Assembly (NCBI GenBank): GCA_963700145.1
Contig: OY969474.1
Coordinates: forward strand, 1,728,001 to 1,792,000
Reading direction: 5' to 3'
Length of the DNA stretch: 64,000 nt
Source of the DNA: an uncultured Acidobacteriota bacterium
GTDB lineage: Bacteria; Acidobacteriota; Thermoanaerobaculia; Multivoradales; UBA5704
Part shown: piece after piece, positions 29,916 through 39,852 of the stretch
How positions within the stretch are numbered: the first letter of the stretch is position 1
Layout of the letters: the number at the start of each line of letters is the position of its first letter
Made by a program: the position numbers and the translations under genes
Notes under the pieces: generated by a model
Told to the model about the DNA's origin: nothing
Database searches by the model: none
The model's input: the letters and a program-made list of their open reading frames with translations, nothing else

Positions 29916-30942
29916 CGCTCTCCTCCTCGGCCGCCGCGGCGACGCGGCGCTCCAGGGCGCGCAGCCGGCGCGCCATCTCCTCCAGCTTCCCGAGCAGCAC
30001 CGTCTGCCGCCGCCAGCTCCCCAGCTCGACCGCCGGGATGCCGGCCAGCCGGCTCCCGGCCGGCGCGTCGGCGAGGACCGCCGACTTGGCCGCCACCTGC
30101 GTCCCCTCGCCGAGCTCCAGGTGGTTGGCCACGCCGACCTGCCCGGCGAGCACGACCCCCGCTCCGAGCCGCGCGCTGCCGGCGATCCCCGCCTGGCCGC
30201 AGAGGATCGAGGCCGGCCCCACCTGCACGTTGTGCCCCACCTGCACGAGGTTGTCGACCTTGCTGCCGCGGCCGATGCGGGTCTCGCCCAGGGTGGCCCG
30301 ATCGACCGCCGAGTTGGCGCCGATCTCGACCCCCTCCTCGATCACCACCCGTCCCACCTGCGGGATCTTGTGGTGGACGCCGCCGTGGGTGGCGTAGCCG
30401 AAGCCGTCGCTGCCGAGCACGACGCCGGCATGGATCACGGCGCCCTCACCGACCTCGGTAGCGTCGTAAAGAACCACGTGAGGATGAAGCACCGCGCCCG
30501 GGCCGATCCTGCAGTCTCGCCCCACGACGACGTGCGCGTGCAGCACCGCGCGCGCTCCCACCCGGCTCTCCTTACCCAGCACGACGTAGGGCCCGATGGA
30601 CGCGGAGGCGTCGATCACCGCGCCCGGGTCCACGACCGCCGTCGGATGGATCCCCGGCGCCGGCGCAGAGGGCGGGTGGAGCTCGGCGAGAAGCCGCGCC
30701 AGGGCGTAGTAGGGGTCGTCGGCGACCAGCAGGTCCTTGCCCGCCACCGCCACACCGGGTGCCACCAGCAGTGCCGCCGCGGCGCTCGCCGCGGCGTGCT
30801 CCCGGTAGCGCGGATTGGTCAGGAAGGAGAGGTCGCGCGGTCCGGCGGCCTCGAGCGTCCGCACCCCGTCGATCGGGCGCTCGCCGTCCCCCTCGACGCG
30901 CCCTCCGACCAGCGCGGCGAGCTCCGCCAGCCGGTAGGGCAC
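29887..30942 (-). CDS. lpxD: UDP-3-O-(3-hydroxyacyl)glucosamine N-acyltransferase
   Basis: LSFLTNPRY, GSDGFGY, IPQVG, DNLVQVGHN, hexapeptide repeats. Confidence 0.96.
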   Translation of the reverse strand: MPYRLAELAALVGGRVEGDGERPIDGVRTLEAAGPRDLSFLTNPRYREHAAASAAAALLVAPGVAVAGKDLLVADDPYYALARLLAELHPPSAPAPGIHPTAVVDPGAVIDASASIGPYVVLGKESRVGARAVLHAHVVVGRDCRIGPGAVLHPHVVLYDATEVGEGAVIHAGVVLGSDGFGYATHGGVHHKIPQVGRVVIEEGVEIGANSAVDRATLGETRIGRGSKVDNLVQVGHNVQVGPASILCGQAGIAGSARLGAGVVLAGQVGVANHLELGEGTQVAAKSAVLADAPAGSRLAGIPAVELGSWRRQTVLLGKLEEMARRLRALERRVAAAAEEESGERVDAERG

Positions 30943-30946
30943 GCGC

Positions 30947-31495
30947 CTACTTGCCCGCGGTCCCGCCGCCGCCGCCGTCGAGCCGCTGGATGACCTGCGG
31001 GGTGATGTCCACGGCCTCGTCGACGAAGATCAGCCCGCTCTCGAACTTGCGGAAGATCACCGTGTAGCCGCCCTCTTTGCCGAGCTGGTTGATGATCGGC
31101 ATCACCTTCTGGTCGATCTGCGCCAGCACCTCGTCGCGCCGCTTGTTGAGGTCGCGGGTGGCGTCGTCCTGCAGGCGGCGCAGCGCGATGAGCTTGTCCT
31201 CGAGCTGCTTCTCCATCTCCGTCAGCTTGTCCTGGGAGAGGGAGAGCCGCCCCTCGCTGGCCTTGGTCTGCAGGTCCCGGATCTCCTGCTGGCGGGCCTT
31301 GAGGTCGTTCTCTTTCGCTTCCTGTACCTTCTTCAGCTCGGCGAGCGCCTTCTTGCCGGTGGACGACTCGAGCAGGATCTGCTCGGTGTTGATGACGGCG
31401 ATCTTGGGCTGCGCCTGCACGGCGGCCGGCGCCGCCAGGGCGGTGATCGCCAGCGCCGCGAAGGCGCCGCGGAGGCAAACGGTCTTGCGGGACAT
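30947..31495 (-). CDS. skp: OmpH/Skp periplasmic chaperone
   Basis: Signal peptide, KIAVIN, coiled-coil body, VDIT C-terminus; sits between bamA and lpxD. Confidence 0.92.
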   Translation of the reverse strand: MSRKTVCLRGAFAALAITALAAPAAVQAQPKIAVINTEQILLESSTGKKALAELKKVQEAKENDLKARQQEIRDLQTKASEGRLSLSQDKLTEMEKQLEDKLIALRRLQDDATRDLNKRRDEVLAQIDQKVMPIINQLGKEGGYTVIFRKFESGLIFVDEAVDITPQVIQRLDGGGGGTAGK

Positions 31496-31515
31496 CGGGG
31501 TCTCTCTCCTTCGGT

Positions 31516-33966
31516 TTAGAAGCTCGTACCGACGCTGAATTGAAACGACTCGAAGCGATCGCCGGGCACCGGGTCGAGGTTGTACGAATAGATGAAGCGG
31601 AGCGGGGCGCCGAAGACCGGCACCAGCACCCGCAGCTCGGCCCCGGCCGTGGTGCGCAGGCCCGACAGGTCGATCGACTCCCCCTCGCCGAAGACGTTGC
31701 CGCCGTCGGCGAAGAGCAGCAGCCGGAACGGCCCGCCGAGCAGGAAATGATACTCCAGGTTGATCTGGACCATGCTGTCGCCGCCCAGGGCGAAGCCGTT
31801 CTCGTCGAGCAGGATGTTCCCGTCCTCGTCGCGCAGCACGAGCGAGCGGAAGCGGTGGCCGCGGATGCTGTTGTCGCCGCCCAGGAAGAAGCGCTCGAGC
31901 GGGGCGAGCTCGCGGCCGCTGAAGGGGTCCACCAGCCCGGTCTTGATGTTGAAGGCGAGCACGGTGCGCGCCGGCGCCCTGGTCATCGGCTGGAAGAAGC
32001 TGAAGGCGGCCTCGGGGCGGATGAAGTAGTTGTCGCCGCCCAGGAAGCCCCCGGCGTACTCGACACCCAGGTTGAAGCGGCGGCCGCGGGTCGGCTCGAA
32101 CGGGTTGTCGCGGCTGTCGTAGCTGTAGGCCGGACGCAGCGAGGAGTTGTCGATGGTGACGAAGCGCAGGGCCTGCGGGTCCGGGATCGGGTTGCCGACG
32201 TCGTCGAAGAGGCGCTGGGTCTCGTCCTCGAGGACCGACCGCAGGTAGGTGACGCCCGCCTGCTGGAAAAGACCGAGCTGGCGGCCGTAGGTCACCGAGC
32301 CGCCGCGGCTGCTGCGCCGGAACTGCTGGTCGCTGGCGACCCGGAAGTCGAGGTCCTGGTCGAAGGCGCGCACGCCGATCGACTGCGGCCGGTCGAGGAA
32401 CCAGGGCACGTAGTAGGAGAGGTCGAAGTAGTCGCGGAAGCGGCCGGTCTGGAAGGCCAACCCCACCTGCTCGCCGCGCCCCAGGAAGTTCTTGGTGTTG
32501 ATCGCGAACTGGCCGAAGAAGCCGTCGAGCTCGCTCCAGCCGCCGCCGAACTGCAGCTCCGTGCGCTCCTTCTCGGCGCCCTTGAACAGCAGGTGGACCT
32601 GCTTGGCCTCGGTGTTCTGGTCGAAGGTGACCGGCTCCTCCTTGTCGAGCTCGAAGTAGCCGAGCTGGTTGATCTTGAAGATCGAGTTGCGCACCGCGCC
32701 GATGTTGACGACGCCGCCCTCGTGCAGCCGCAGCTCGCGGCGCAGCACCTTGTCCATGGTGCGGTCGTTGCCCTCGAACTCGATGCGCCCGACCTTGAAC
32801 TGCTCGCCCTCGCTGATCCGCACCACCAGGTCGGCGACGTTGCCCGGCTTCTCCACCAGCTCGCCGTCGACGCGGGCGAAGATGTAGCCGGTGTTGTGGT
32901 AGGTCTCGGTGATCGCCTTGGTGCCGTCGTCGATCGCCTTCTGGCGCAGCCAGCTCCCCGAGCGGTGCTCGAAGGCGCGCAGCAGCGCCTGGTCGGTGTA
33001 GATCTCGTTGCCCTCGATCGACACCTCGCCGAACTTCCAGCGCTCGCCCTCCTCTATGGGGATGGTGATGAACATGCGGCGTTTTTCGCGAGGCGGCTTA
33101 CCGCCGCCGGGCCGGTCCTCGGGGGCGTTGGGGTTGCTGGCGCGGACGTCGATCTTGGGCTCGCCGATGACCACGTTCTTGTAGCCGGCGCCGCGGTAGA
33201 GGTCCCGCACCTTGTCGAGGTCCTCCTGCAGGCTGGCCGGGTTGTAGATGTCCTTCTTGGTGATGCGCGAGAGGATGCCGCTCTCGTTGGTCTTGCGCAT
33301 CAGGACGCGGAGGCGCGGGCCGGAGAAGACGGAGTTGCCCTCGAAGCCGATGTCGGCGATCCGCACCCGGTCGCCCTCGTCGACCTTGAAGACGACGCGC
33401 TTCTCGGTCGGGGTCAGCTCCTCGATCGTGTAGTCGGCGGTGGCGAAGCGGAAGCCCTTGTCGGCGTAGGCCTCCTCGATCATCTCCTTGACGCGGTACA
33501 GCTCGCCGAGGTTCAGCGGATCGCCTTCCTTCAGGCGGATGCCCTTGGCGGAGATGTCGTCGAGCAGGTCGTTGCGCGAGATGCGCTTCATCCCCTGGTA
33601 GTCCACCGACCGGATGGTCGGCCGCTCGACGACCGTGATCGTCAGGCGCACCCCCCCTTCCGGGGTGGGCTGGGCGTCCACCTGGATGTCGTCGATCAGG
33701 TTGCGGTCCCAGAGCGCCTTGACGTTCTGGTCCAGGCGCACCGGGTCGAGCGCCTGGAGGCGCTCGAGACCCAGGTAGTAGAGGAGGGTCTCCTCGGAGA
33801 GGGCACGCAGCCCCTGGAACTCGATCGCGTCGATCCGCTTGCCGGCCAGCGGCTCCTGGGCGAGGAGGCCCGGGGCGGGGAGCAGAAGGGCGGCGGAGAG
33901 TCCCCAGACCGCGAGGCGACGAACAAGGGACCAGCTCGGGAGTACGCGGGTCGTCACGGCTTTCAC
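31516..33966 (-). CDS. bamA: Outer membrane protein assembly factor BamA
   Basis: POTRA repeats, NFLGRG, FFLGGDNSIRGH, C-terminal FQFSVGTSF. Confidence 0.95.
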   Translation of the reverse strand: MKAVTTRVLPSWSLVRRLAVWGLSAALLLPAPGLLAQEPLAGKRIDAIEFQGLRALSEETLLYYLGLERLQALDPVRLDQNVKALWDRNLIDDIQVDAQPTPEGGVRLTITVVERPTIRSVDYQGMKRISRNDLLDDISAKGIRLKEGDPLNLGELYRVKEMIEEAYADKGFRFATADYTIEELTPTEKRVVFKVDEGDRVRIADIGFEGNSVFSGPRLRVLMRKTNESGILSRITKKDIYNPASLQEDLDKVRDLYRGAGYKNVVIGEPKIDVRASNPNAPEDRPGGGKPPREKRRMFITIPIEEGERWKFGEVSIEGNEIYTDQALLRAFEHRSGSWLRQKAIDDGTKAITETYHNTGYIFARVDGELVEKPGNVADLVVRISEGEQFKVGRIEFEGNDRTMDKVLRRELRLHEGGVVNIGAVRNSIFKINQLGYFELDKEEPVTFDQNTEAKQVHLLFKGAEKERTELQFGGGWSELDGFFGQFAINTKNFLGRGEQVGLAFQTGRFRDYFDLSYYVPWFLDRPQSIGVRAFDQDLDFRVASDQQFRRSSRGGSVTYGRQLGLFQQAGVTYLRSVLEDETQRLFDDVGNPIPDPQALRFVTIDNSSLRPAYSYDSRDNPFEPTRGRRFNLGVEYAGGFLGGDNYFIRPEAAFSFFQPMTRAPARTVLAFNIKTGLVDPFSGRELAPLERFFLGGDNSIRGHRFRSLVLRDEDGNILLDENGFALGGDSMVQINLEYHFLLGGPFRLLLFADGGNVFGEGESIDLSGLRTTAGAELRVLVPVFGAPLRFIYSYNLDPVPGDRFESFQFSVGTSF

Positions 33967-34114
33967 CTCATGGAGTCGGTTTTGCCCCCGGCCAGACCCG
34001 GCCGCCGGGGGCTCCTGGAATGTCGGGGGGAAGCTTAGCAGGGTTGGGTGCTCGGGGCGTCGTTCGCCCTATACTGGAAATCACTAAGAAACCATCCTGG
34101 CCCGGCTGCGAGAC

Positions 34115-34732
34115 ATGGACGTCGAGAACACCACGGGTTTGGTGCGAGAGGCCCTCGCCGGCGATCCGGCCGCCTTGAACCGGCTGGTGGCCTGCCTGAC
34201 ACCCGTCGTCCAGGCCCGCGTGGCGAGGACCCTGCTCCGCCAGTCGCACCTCGGCGGCGGCCGCAACGTTCGCCAGGAGGTCGAAGACCTGACCCAGGAG
34301 ATCTTCCTTTCGCTCTTCGCCAACGGCGGGCGCGTGCTGCGCCGCTGGCAGCGCGAGCGCGGTCTGTCGCTGCACAACTTCGTCGGGCTGGTGAGCGAGC
34401 GTCTGGTGGCGTCGGCCCTGCGCAGCGGCAAGCGGAACCCGTGGAAAGAGGAGCCCACGCCGACGGAGAACCTCGACGCGGCGGCGCTCGACAACGGACC
34501 GGAAGAGGTCACGGCGAGCCGCGAGGAGCTGCGCCTCCTGCTCGACGGGCTGCGGGAGCAGTTGAGCCCGCTGGGCCGCCAGCTCTTCGAGCTCCTCTTC
34601 GTCCAGGAGCTGTCGGTGCCGGAGACGATGGCCGCCAGCGGCTTGTCCGCCGACGCGATCTACGCCTGGCGGAGCCGTCTGCGCCGCCTCGCTCGCGAGC
34701 TGCTGGCCGAGCTGTCAGGAAAGAGTACGTAG
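34115..34732 (+). CDS. ECF-type RNA polymerase sigma factor
   Basis: LVREALAGDPAALNRL; region 2 EVEDLTQEIFLSLF...LRRW; region 4 HTH LSVPETMAASGLSADAIYAWRSRLRR. Confidence 0.9.
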   Translation: MDVENTTGLVREALAGDPAALNRLVACLTPVVQARVARTLLRQSHLGGGRNVRQEVEDLTQEIFLSLFANGGRVLRRWQRERGLSLHNFVGLVSERLVASALRSGKRNPWKEEPTPTENLDAAALDNGPEEVTASREELRLLLDGLREQLSPLGRQLFELLFVQELSVPETMAASGLSADAIYAWRSRLRRLARELLAELSGKST

Positions 34733-34742
34733 GCGCGAAAGA
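34713..34742 (+). promoter_or_regulatory. Putative ECF-sigma promoter motif, copy 1 (TGTCAGGAA-N13-GCGAAAGA)
   Basis: Overlaps the sigma 3' end, 19 nt before the next ATG; same spacing as copies 2 and 3. Confidence 0.65.
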
Positions 34743-34761
34743 CCAGGAAGGATGGAGCAGG

Positions 34762-35538
34762 ATGAGCGAGGACCGGCTATTGCGCGATCTAGGGCACCTG
34801 GCGCGGGAGGAGAGCGAGGCCGAGCAGAGACGCCTCGACGAGCGCTGGGATCGGCTGGCCGCCGGGACGCTGAGCGCGGAGGAAGAGGCGGAGCTGCGCG
34901 CCCTCGCCGAAGCTTCACCCGAAGCCCGCCGGGCGTTTGAAGCCTTCCGGCCGCTCGGCGCCGACTTCCAGGCGCGCGTGGTGGAGGCGATCCGCGCGCA
35001 GGAGCAGGCCGGTAAGTCGGCGAAGCTCTTGCCCTGGCGACAGCACGCTCCCCGTGTCGCCGCCTGGGGCACCGCGGCGGCCGCGGCCGCCGCCTCTCTG
35101 ATGATGCTCCTGCGCCCGCTGGCGCCGCTGCCCGGCTATGCGCTGGCCGAGATCAGCGGCGGCTCCCGCGCGCTGCGGGGGGAGGCGATGGAGGTGCAGG
35201 AGTTCGCGCCGGGCGACGACTTCCAGGTGGTCCTCCGCCCGGAGACCCAGGTCGCGCGGGCGAGGTCCCTGACGACGCAGGCCTTCCTGCTCCGCGGCGC
35301 GGAGCTGCGCGACCTGACGGTGCGGAGCCACGTCGAGCCCAGCGGCGCGGTCAAGCTGGAAGGCTCGCTCGACGACGATCTCCCACCCGGGACCTGGACC
35401 CTCTGGGCGGTCGTCGGCCGGCGGGGCGAGCTGCCGGACCCCGAGGCGCTGCGGTCCCTGGCCGCGCGATCGACGGTCCGGGAACGAGACTGGGTGGCGG
35501 TCCGGACGACCGTCCGGGTCCGTCCCCGGGCACCCTAG
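34762..35538 (+). CDS. Putative anti-sigma / sensor membrane protein
   Basis: Follows the ECF sigma; N-terminal WDRLAAGTLSAEEEAELR helix, central hydrophobic segment VAAWGTAAAAAAASLMMLL, beta-rich C-terminal domain. Confidence 0.75.
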   Translation: MSEDRLLRDLGHLAREESEAEQRRLDERWDRLAAGTLSAEEEAELRALAEASPEARRAFEAFRPLGADFQARVVEAIRAQEQAGKSAKLLPWRQHAPRVAAWGTAAAAAAASLMMLLRPLAPLPGYALAEISGGSRALRGEAMEVQEFAPGDDFQVVLRPETQVARARSLTTQAFLLRGAELRDLTVRSHVEPSGAVKLEGSLDDDLPPGTWTLWAVVGRRGELPDPEALRSLAARSTVRERDWVAVRTTVRVRPRAP

Positions 35539-35540
35539 CC

Positions 35541-38096
35541 GTGCCGCCGCTTCGCTGCCGCAGCGTCTTCTTCCTCCTCTTCGCGCTCGGCACGGCCTGT
35601 GCCTCCCCGCCAAGCTCGCCTCCGCCGGAGGTGGAGTACGCGGGCTGCGCAGCCGTGCTCGTGCCGGGGCCGGTCTGCGTCCTGGGACCGGAACGGGAGC
35701 TCCGGCTCTGGGTCGGCGCTCCGCCGGAGGCGCGGATCGAGCTCCGAGCCGACGGCGGGCCGCTCGACGCCGCGGCAGAGGCCGTTCAGGAGGGGCAGCG
35801 GTTCGCCCTCACCCTGCCCTCCGGGGTGAAGAGCCTGGAAGTGATCGTCGCGGCCGAGGAGGGGCGGACGACGTGGTCCCTGCCCCTCGTGGAGAGGAAG
35901 GGCGAGGGGCCCGGAGGGCCGCCGGCGGGGCAAGGCACGTCCCGCGACCTGCGGCGCCAGGTCGCAGAGACGCTGATGCGCGTGCACGGCGAGGTCCAGG
36001 ACCGCAAGCTCGCCGCCGCCCGCGAGCTGCTGCACGCCATTCGCCTCCCGCCCAAGGCGCCGGCGGAATCCCGCTATCAAGTGGCCTACTACCGCGGGCT
36101 GCTCGCGGCCAAGAACGGGGACTACCGCGCGGCGCTAGCCGAAGTGCAAGACGCCGTGGTCATCGCCAAGCGGGTAAAGCTGGAGCGCGAGCATCGCCTG
36201 GCGGAAGAAGAGCTGGCCCTGCTCCTGCTCGGAGTAGGCCGGTCGCGCGAGGCCGCCGAGCTCCTCGACCGCCTGCGCCGGACGCCGCATTCCGCGAACC
36301 CTTGCGAGGAAGCCAACCTCCTCAGCAACCAGGCCTGGGCGACGCTGCTGGCTCGCGAGGCCGGCGAGGGCCTGGACGATCCCACGCTTCTCTTCGAGCG
36401 CGCGCTGGCGACGTACGCGACCTGCGAGAGCGCCACGCCCGCGCACGGGGCCAACGTCCTGCTCAATTTGGCGCTGGCTCACCTGCAGGAAGACCGCGTG
36501 GCGCAAGCCAAGGAAGCCCTGGCCCGGGCGCACCGGCTCGAGCCTCATCCGTCCGTCCCTCTCAGGCTCTGGCGGCTCGATCTGGAGGCGCGGATCGCCT
36601 TGCGCGAGGGGCGGCCCGCCGCGGCGCTGGCTCGGTTCGACGAGCTGGCGGAGCTCGCTCTCGAGACCAGCTCCGCCGACGGCCGGCTGCGGGCCGCGTT
36701 CGGGCAGGCGCAGTCGCACGAGGCCCTCGGGGATCGCGCCGCGGCCCTGGAGACGCTCGGCCGGGCCGAGGCCCTGCTGGACGAGCAGAGCCTCCAGATC
36801 CCCGTGCAGGAAGGGCGGGAGACCTTCCTGGCGACGCGCCAGGCTCTGGTGAGCCTGCACGTCGCGATCCTCCTCGACCAGGGCCGCCAGGCCCGGGCCC
36901 TGGACCTGGCGCGCCACGCCCGGTCGCGGGTGCTGCGGCAGCTGGAGCGCGGCGACCGGCTGGCGAGCCTGACGCCGGACCGGCGGGCCCGCTGGGAGCG
37001 GCTTCTTCTGAGCTACAAGGAGAGGCGCACGGCCCTGGAGGAGCGAGCGAGAGACGACTGGAAGCTGCCCGGCGACCAGCTCCGCCGGGAGCAGGCCGCG
37101 AGAAAGGCGGGGGCGGAGACCGCGAAGAGGGATCTGGACCAAGCCTTCCTGATGCTCGAAGACCCGGGAGCGCCACTGGAAGGGAGACCGCCGCTGCCGC
37201 GACCCGGAGAGCTGGTCCTCGCCTATCAATCGCTGCCTGACGGCTGGGTCGGCTTCGCGGCCAATGGAGAGACCGTCGCGGCGCACCGCTTCGAGCTGCC
37301 GCCGGAGGTCCTGTCCCGGCCCGAGGAGCTTTCCCGGCGGCTGCTCCTGCCGTTCAGCGGTTCGATCCGGCAGGCCCGGCGGATCCGCATCCTGCCCAGC
37401 GGCCCGCTGCGGGGCGTCGATTTCCATGCGCTGCCGTTCGACGGGGACGTCCTCCTGGCGAGCGCTCCCGTCGTCTATGGGCTGGACCTTCCCGTGTCCG
37501 CGGGCCCCGCGGAGCCTTCCGGGCGGCGCGCCCTCCTGGTGGCCGACCCCCGGGGCGACCTGGCGGGCGCGCTCGCGGAGGCGCGAGCGGTCCGCAAGGT
37601 CCTGGCATCCGGCTCACAGCCCTGGACCACCACGGAGCTGGAGCACGCGGCGGCTTCGGCGGACGCCGTGCGCGGCCGCCTGGCCGCCGCCGATCTCCTC
37701 CACTACGCCGGCCACGGCACCTTCTCGGGGTTCGGCGGCTGGGAGAGCGGCCTGCTCCTGGCCGAGGAGACCCAGTTGACCCTCGGCGACCTCCTGGCGC
37801 TCCAGCGGGTGCCGGCCTGGGTCGTCCTTTCCGCCTGTGACACCGGCCGGTCGTCCGCCGAGACCCCCGTCGAGAGCCTCGGCCTGGCCCACGCCTTCCT
37901 CCTCGCCGGCTCGCGGGCCGTCGTCGCCTCCACCCGGCCTGCCGACGACCGCACGGTGCCGGCGTTCTTCACCGACCTGTACCGGCAGTGGAGGCTGGAG
38001 CCGGACCTCGCCGTGGCGCTGCAGCGCGCCCAGCTCGCCTGGCGGCAGCGGAGTCACGGAGCGGACTGGGCGGGCTTCCGCCTGTTCGAGCCCTGA
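35541..38096 (+). CDS. TPR + CHAT domain protease, predicted lipoprotein
   Basis: Lipobox-like FLLFALGTAC; TPR-like helices; CHAT motifs LLHYAGHG, VVLSACDT, GLAHAFLLAGS, WAGF. Confidence 0.9.
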   Translation: MPPLRCRSVFFLLFALGTACASPPSSPPPEVEYAGCAAVLVPGPVCVLGPERELRLWVGAPPEARIELRADGGPLDAAAEAVQEGQRFALTLPSGVKSLEVIVAAEEGRTTWSLPLVERKGEGPGGPPAGQGTSRDLRRQVAETLMRVHGEVQDRKLAAARELLHAIRLPPKAPAESRYQVAYYRGLLAAKNGDYRAALAEVQDAVVIAKRVKLEREHRLAEEELALLLLGVGRSREAAELLDRLRRTPHSANPCEEANLLSNQAWATLLAREAGEGLDDPTLLFERALATYATCESATPAHGANVLLNLALAHLQEDRVAQAKEALARAHRLEPHPSVPLRLWRLDLEARIALREGRPAAALARFDELAELALETSSADGRLRAAFGQAQSHEALGDRAAALETLGRAEALLDEQSLQIPVQEGRETFLATRQALVSLHVAILLDQGRQARALDLARHARSRVLRQLERGDRLASLTPDRRARWERLLLSYKERRTALEERARDDWKLPGDQLRREQAARKAGAETAKRDLDQAFLMLEDPGAPLEGRPPLPRPGELVLAYQSLPDGWVGFAANGETVAAHRFELPPEVLSRPEELSRRLLLPFSGSIRQARRIRILPSGPLRGVDFHALPFDGDVLLASAPVVYGLDLPVSAGPAEPSGRRALLVADPRGDLAGALAEARAVRKVLASGSQPWTTTELEHAAASADAVRGRLAAADLLHYAGHGTFSGFGGWESGLLLAEETQLTLGDLLALQRVPAWVVLSACDTGRSSAETPVESLGLAHAFLLAGSRAVVASTRPADDRTVPAFFTDLYRQWRLEPDLAVALQRAQLAWRQRSHGADWAGFRLFEP

Positions 38097-38124
38097 GCGC
38101 CCGGCCCGCCACGCCGCCTGCCTC

Positions 38125-38154
38125 TGTCAGAAACCGCGCCCCGGCGGCGAAGGA
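38125..38154 (+). promoter_or_regulatory. Putative ECF-sigma promoter motif, copy 2 (TGTCAGAAA-N13-GCGAAGGA)
   Basis: Intergenic, 37 nt before the ATG at 38192. Confidence 0.7.
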
Positions 38155-38191
38155 TCATTGCGTCTGCGTCAAAAACCAAGGAGATCGGACC

Positions 38192-39763
38192 ATGAGGACC
38201 AAGCAACTGTTCTGGATCGCTCCCCTGTTCGCGATCGCGATGAGCTCCTGCACGACGCTGCGGCCACAGCCGATGGACACCGCCCAGGCCTGCGCCAGCT
38301 GGCGGTGGATCGGGATCAGCCGGCCCGAAGCCAAGTGCCCGGAGGTCCCGGGCTGGACCGTGCAACCACTGTTTACCTCGATTCGGGAGAAGCCGGCGGA
38401 CGACTGCGGGAAGAAAGACGACAAGGACGACAAGAAGGTGCTCGCCTTCGCCCCCGCCCCCGGGCTGATCCGGGAGCTCAATCGTTTTTGCGTGTACGAG
38501 GCCTCGCCGCAGTCGCTTGGGGGCGCTCCGCTCCCGCCGCCCGCGAGCGCCGAGCTGGTGCGGATCGATCGGGACTGCGCGGCCCTGTCGGCCTCCGGCG
38601 AGAACCATATGAGGTGGCCCTGGGGCAACTTCTACCGGCGCCTCCTCAACCAGGCCGGCATCCCGGGGGAAACCTTCACGATCGACAACCCGTTCGGCGT
38701 GCGGCTGGCCTTTCTGGACACCGAGCCGACGCGCGAAGAGATCCCCCGGCGACAGGGCCGCTCGCCGCACGGCTACGCGCTCGCCCACATCGCCCGCCAC
38801 CTGGTGTGCCCGAGAGGGAGCTGTGCGGCGCGGATCACCACCCAGCTCGCGCTCCCGATCGTCGAGTTCGACCCGCAGAGCCGGGAGCTCACCAAGGTCG
38901 ACACCGAGCGTGGGGGCTTTATCGGCATGCAGAGCACTCTCGCCCAGGCCATCTGGAGCGAAGTGGACGCCTGGCAGAGGGACCGGCGGCAGGAGCATCT
39001 CGTTCTCAACCTGTCGCTGGCCTGGGACGGCGAGCTCTTCAGCGGCCTCGACGAGCAGCAGGTCGAGGAGATGAAGGCGGGAACGCAGGCCGTTTATCGT
39101 GCCCTGCAGTACGCGTCGGACTTCGACGTCCTCGTGGTTGCCGCCGCGGGCAATATCAAGGGCGAGCCCTGCGCCAACTTCGGGCCTCTCTTGCCGGCTG
39201 CCTGGGAAGGGCGATGTGAGAAGGGAGCGCCACGCCTCTACGCCGTAGGCGGGGTGGATGCGAAGGGTCATCCCCTGGTCAACGCCCGCCCGGGCGGCAT
39301 GCCGCGGCGGGTCGCGTACGCCGACGACGCCGTGGCGGCATGCCCCAGCCGCAGGGGACGCACGGCAAGGCTCACCGGCAGCTCGGTCGCGGCGGCCGTC
39401 GTCGCGTCGATCGCTTCCGTCGTGTGGGCCGCCTACCCCGATCGCAGCTCCGGCGAGATCATGGACATGCTCGATGCGAGCGGCGAGGAGCTGCCCATGG
39501 CGGCGGACTTCTGGCGCAGGAGCGCCTCCGCATCTCCTGCCCATCCCAGGGTCCACAAGCTGTCGCTCTGCAACGCGCTCGCGACGGCCTGCGACGAATA
39601 CGGGTGCGCGTCCAAGCCCTCGTGCGCCACGCATGCGCCCGAGCCTCCCGATCCCTGGCGCCCTCTCTACACCAGGACCTGGCGGCGCGGCTCCTGTCAG
39701 CCGTGGCTCTACCCCCAGCCCGAGGTCGATCCTTGTCCGGTCTGCCCGCCGTGGAAGCCTTGA
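38192..39763 (+). CDS. Divergent subtilisin-like (S8) serine protease, predicted lipoprotein
   Basis: AAGGAG RBS; lipobox-like FAIAMSSC; RLAFLDT (Asp), SPHG (His), VLNLSL, VVAAAGN (oxyanion Asn), LTGSSVAA (Ser). Confidence 0.82.
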   Translation: MRTKQLFWIAPLFAIAMSSCTTLRPQPMDTAQACASWRWIGISRPEAKCPEVPGWTVQPLFTSIREKPADDCGKKDDKDDKKVLAFAPAPGLIRELNRFCVYEASPQSLGGAPLPPPASAELVRIDRDCAALSASGENHMRWPWGNFYRRLLNQAGIPGETFTIDNPFGVRLAFLDTEPTREEIPRRQGRSPHGYALAHIARHLVCPRGSCAARITTQLALPIVEFDPQSRELTKVDTERGGFIGMQSTLAQAIWSEVDAWQRDRRQEHLVLNLSLAWDGELFSGLDEQQVEEMKAGTQAVYRALQYASDFDVLVVAAAGNIKGEPCANFGPLLPAAWEGRCEKGAPRLYAVGGVDAKGHPLVNARPGGMPRRVAYADDAVAACPSRRGRTARLTGSSVAAAVVASIASVVWAAYPDRSSGEIMDMLDASGEELPMAADFWRRSASASPAHPRVHKLSLCNALATACDEYGCASKPSCATHAPEPPDPWRPLYTRTWRRGSCQPWLYPQPEVDPCPVCPPWKP

Positions 39764-39852
39764 CCACGGCACCGACGAGCCTCCTTCTCTAACACTGCGC
39801 CGGCTGTGCGTCTCCCGCCAGCCGGCGCGTTTCCTCTTCCGACTGCCTCGGT

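Noticed and set aside
18507-38096. CHAT proteases as part of a type III-E CRISPR (Craspase) locus
   Set aside because: No Cas7-11 gene or array, and both CHAT proteins look exported.
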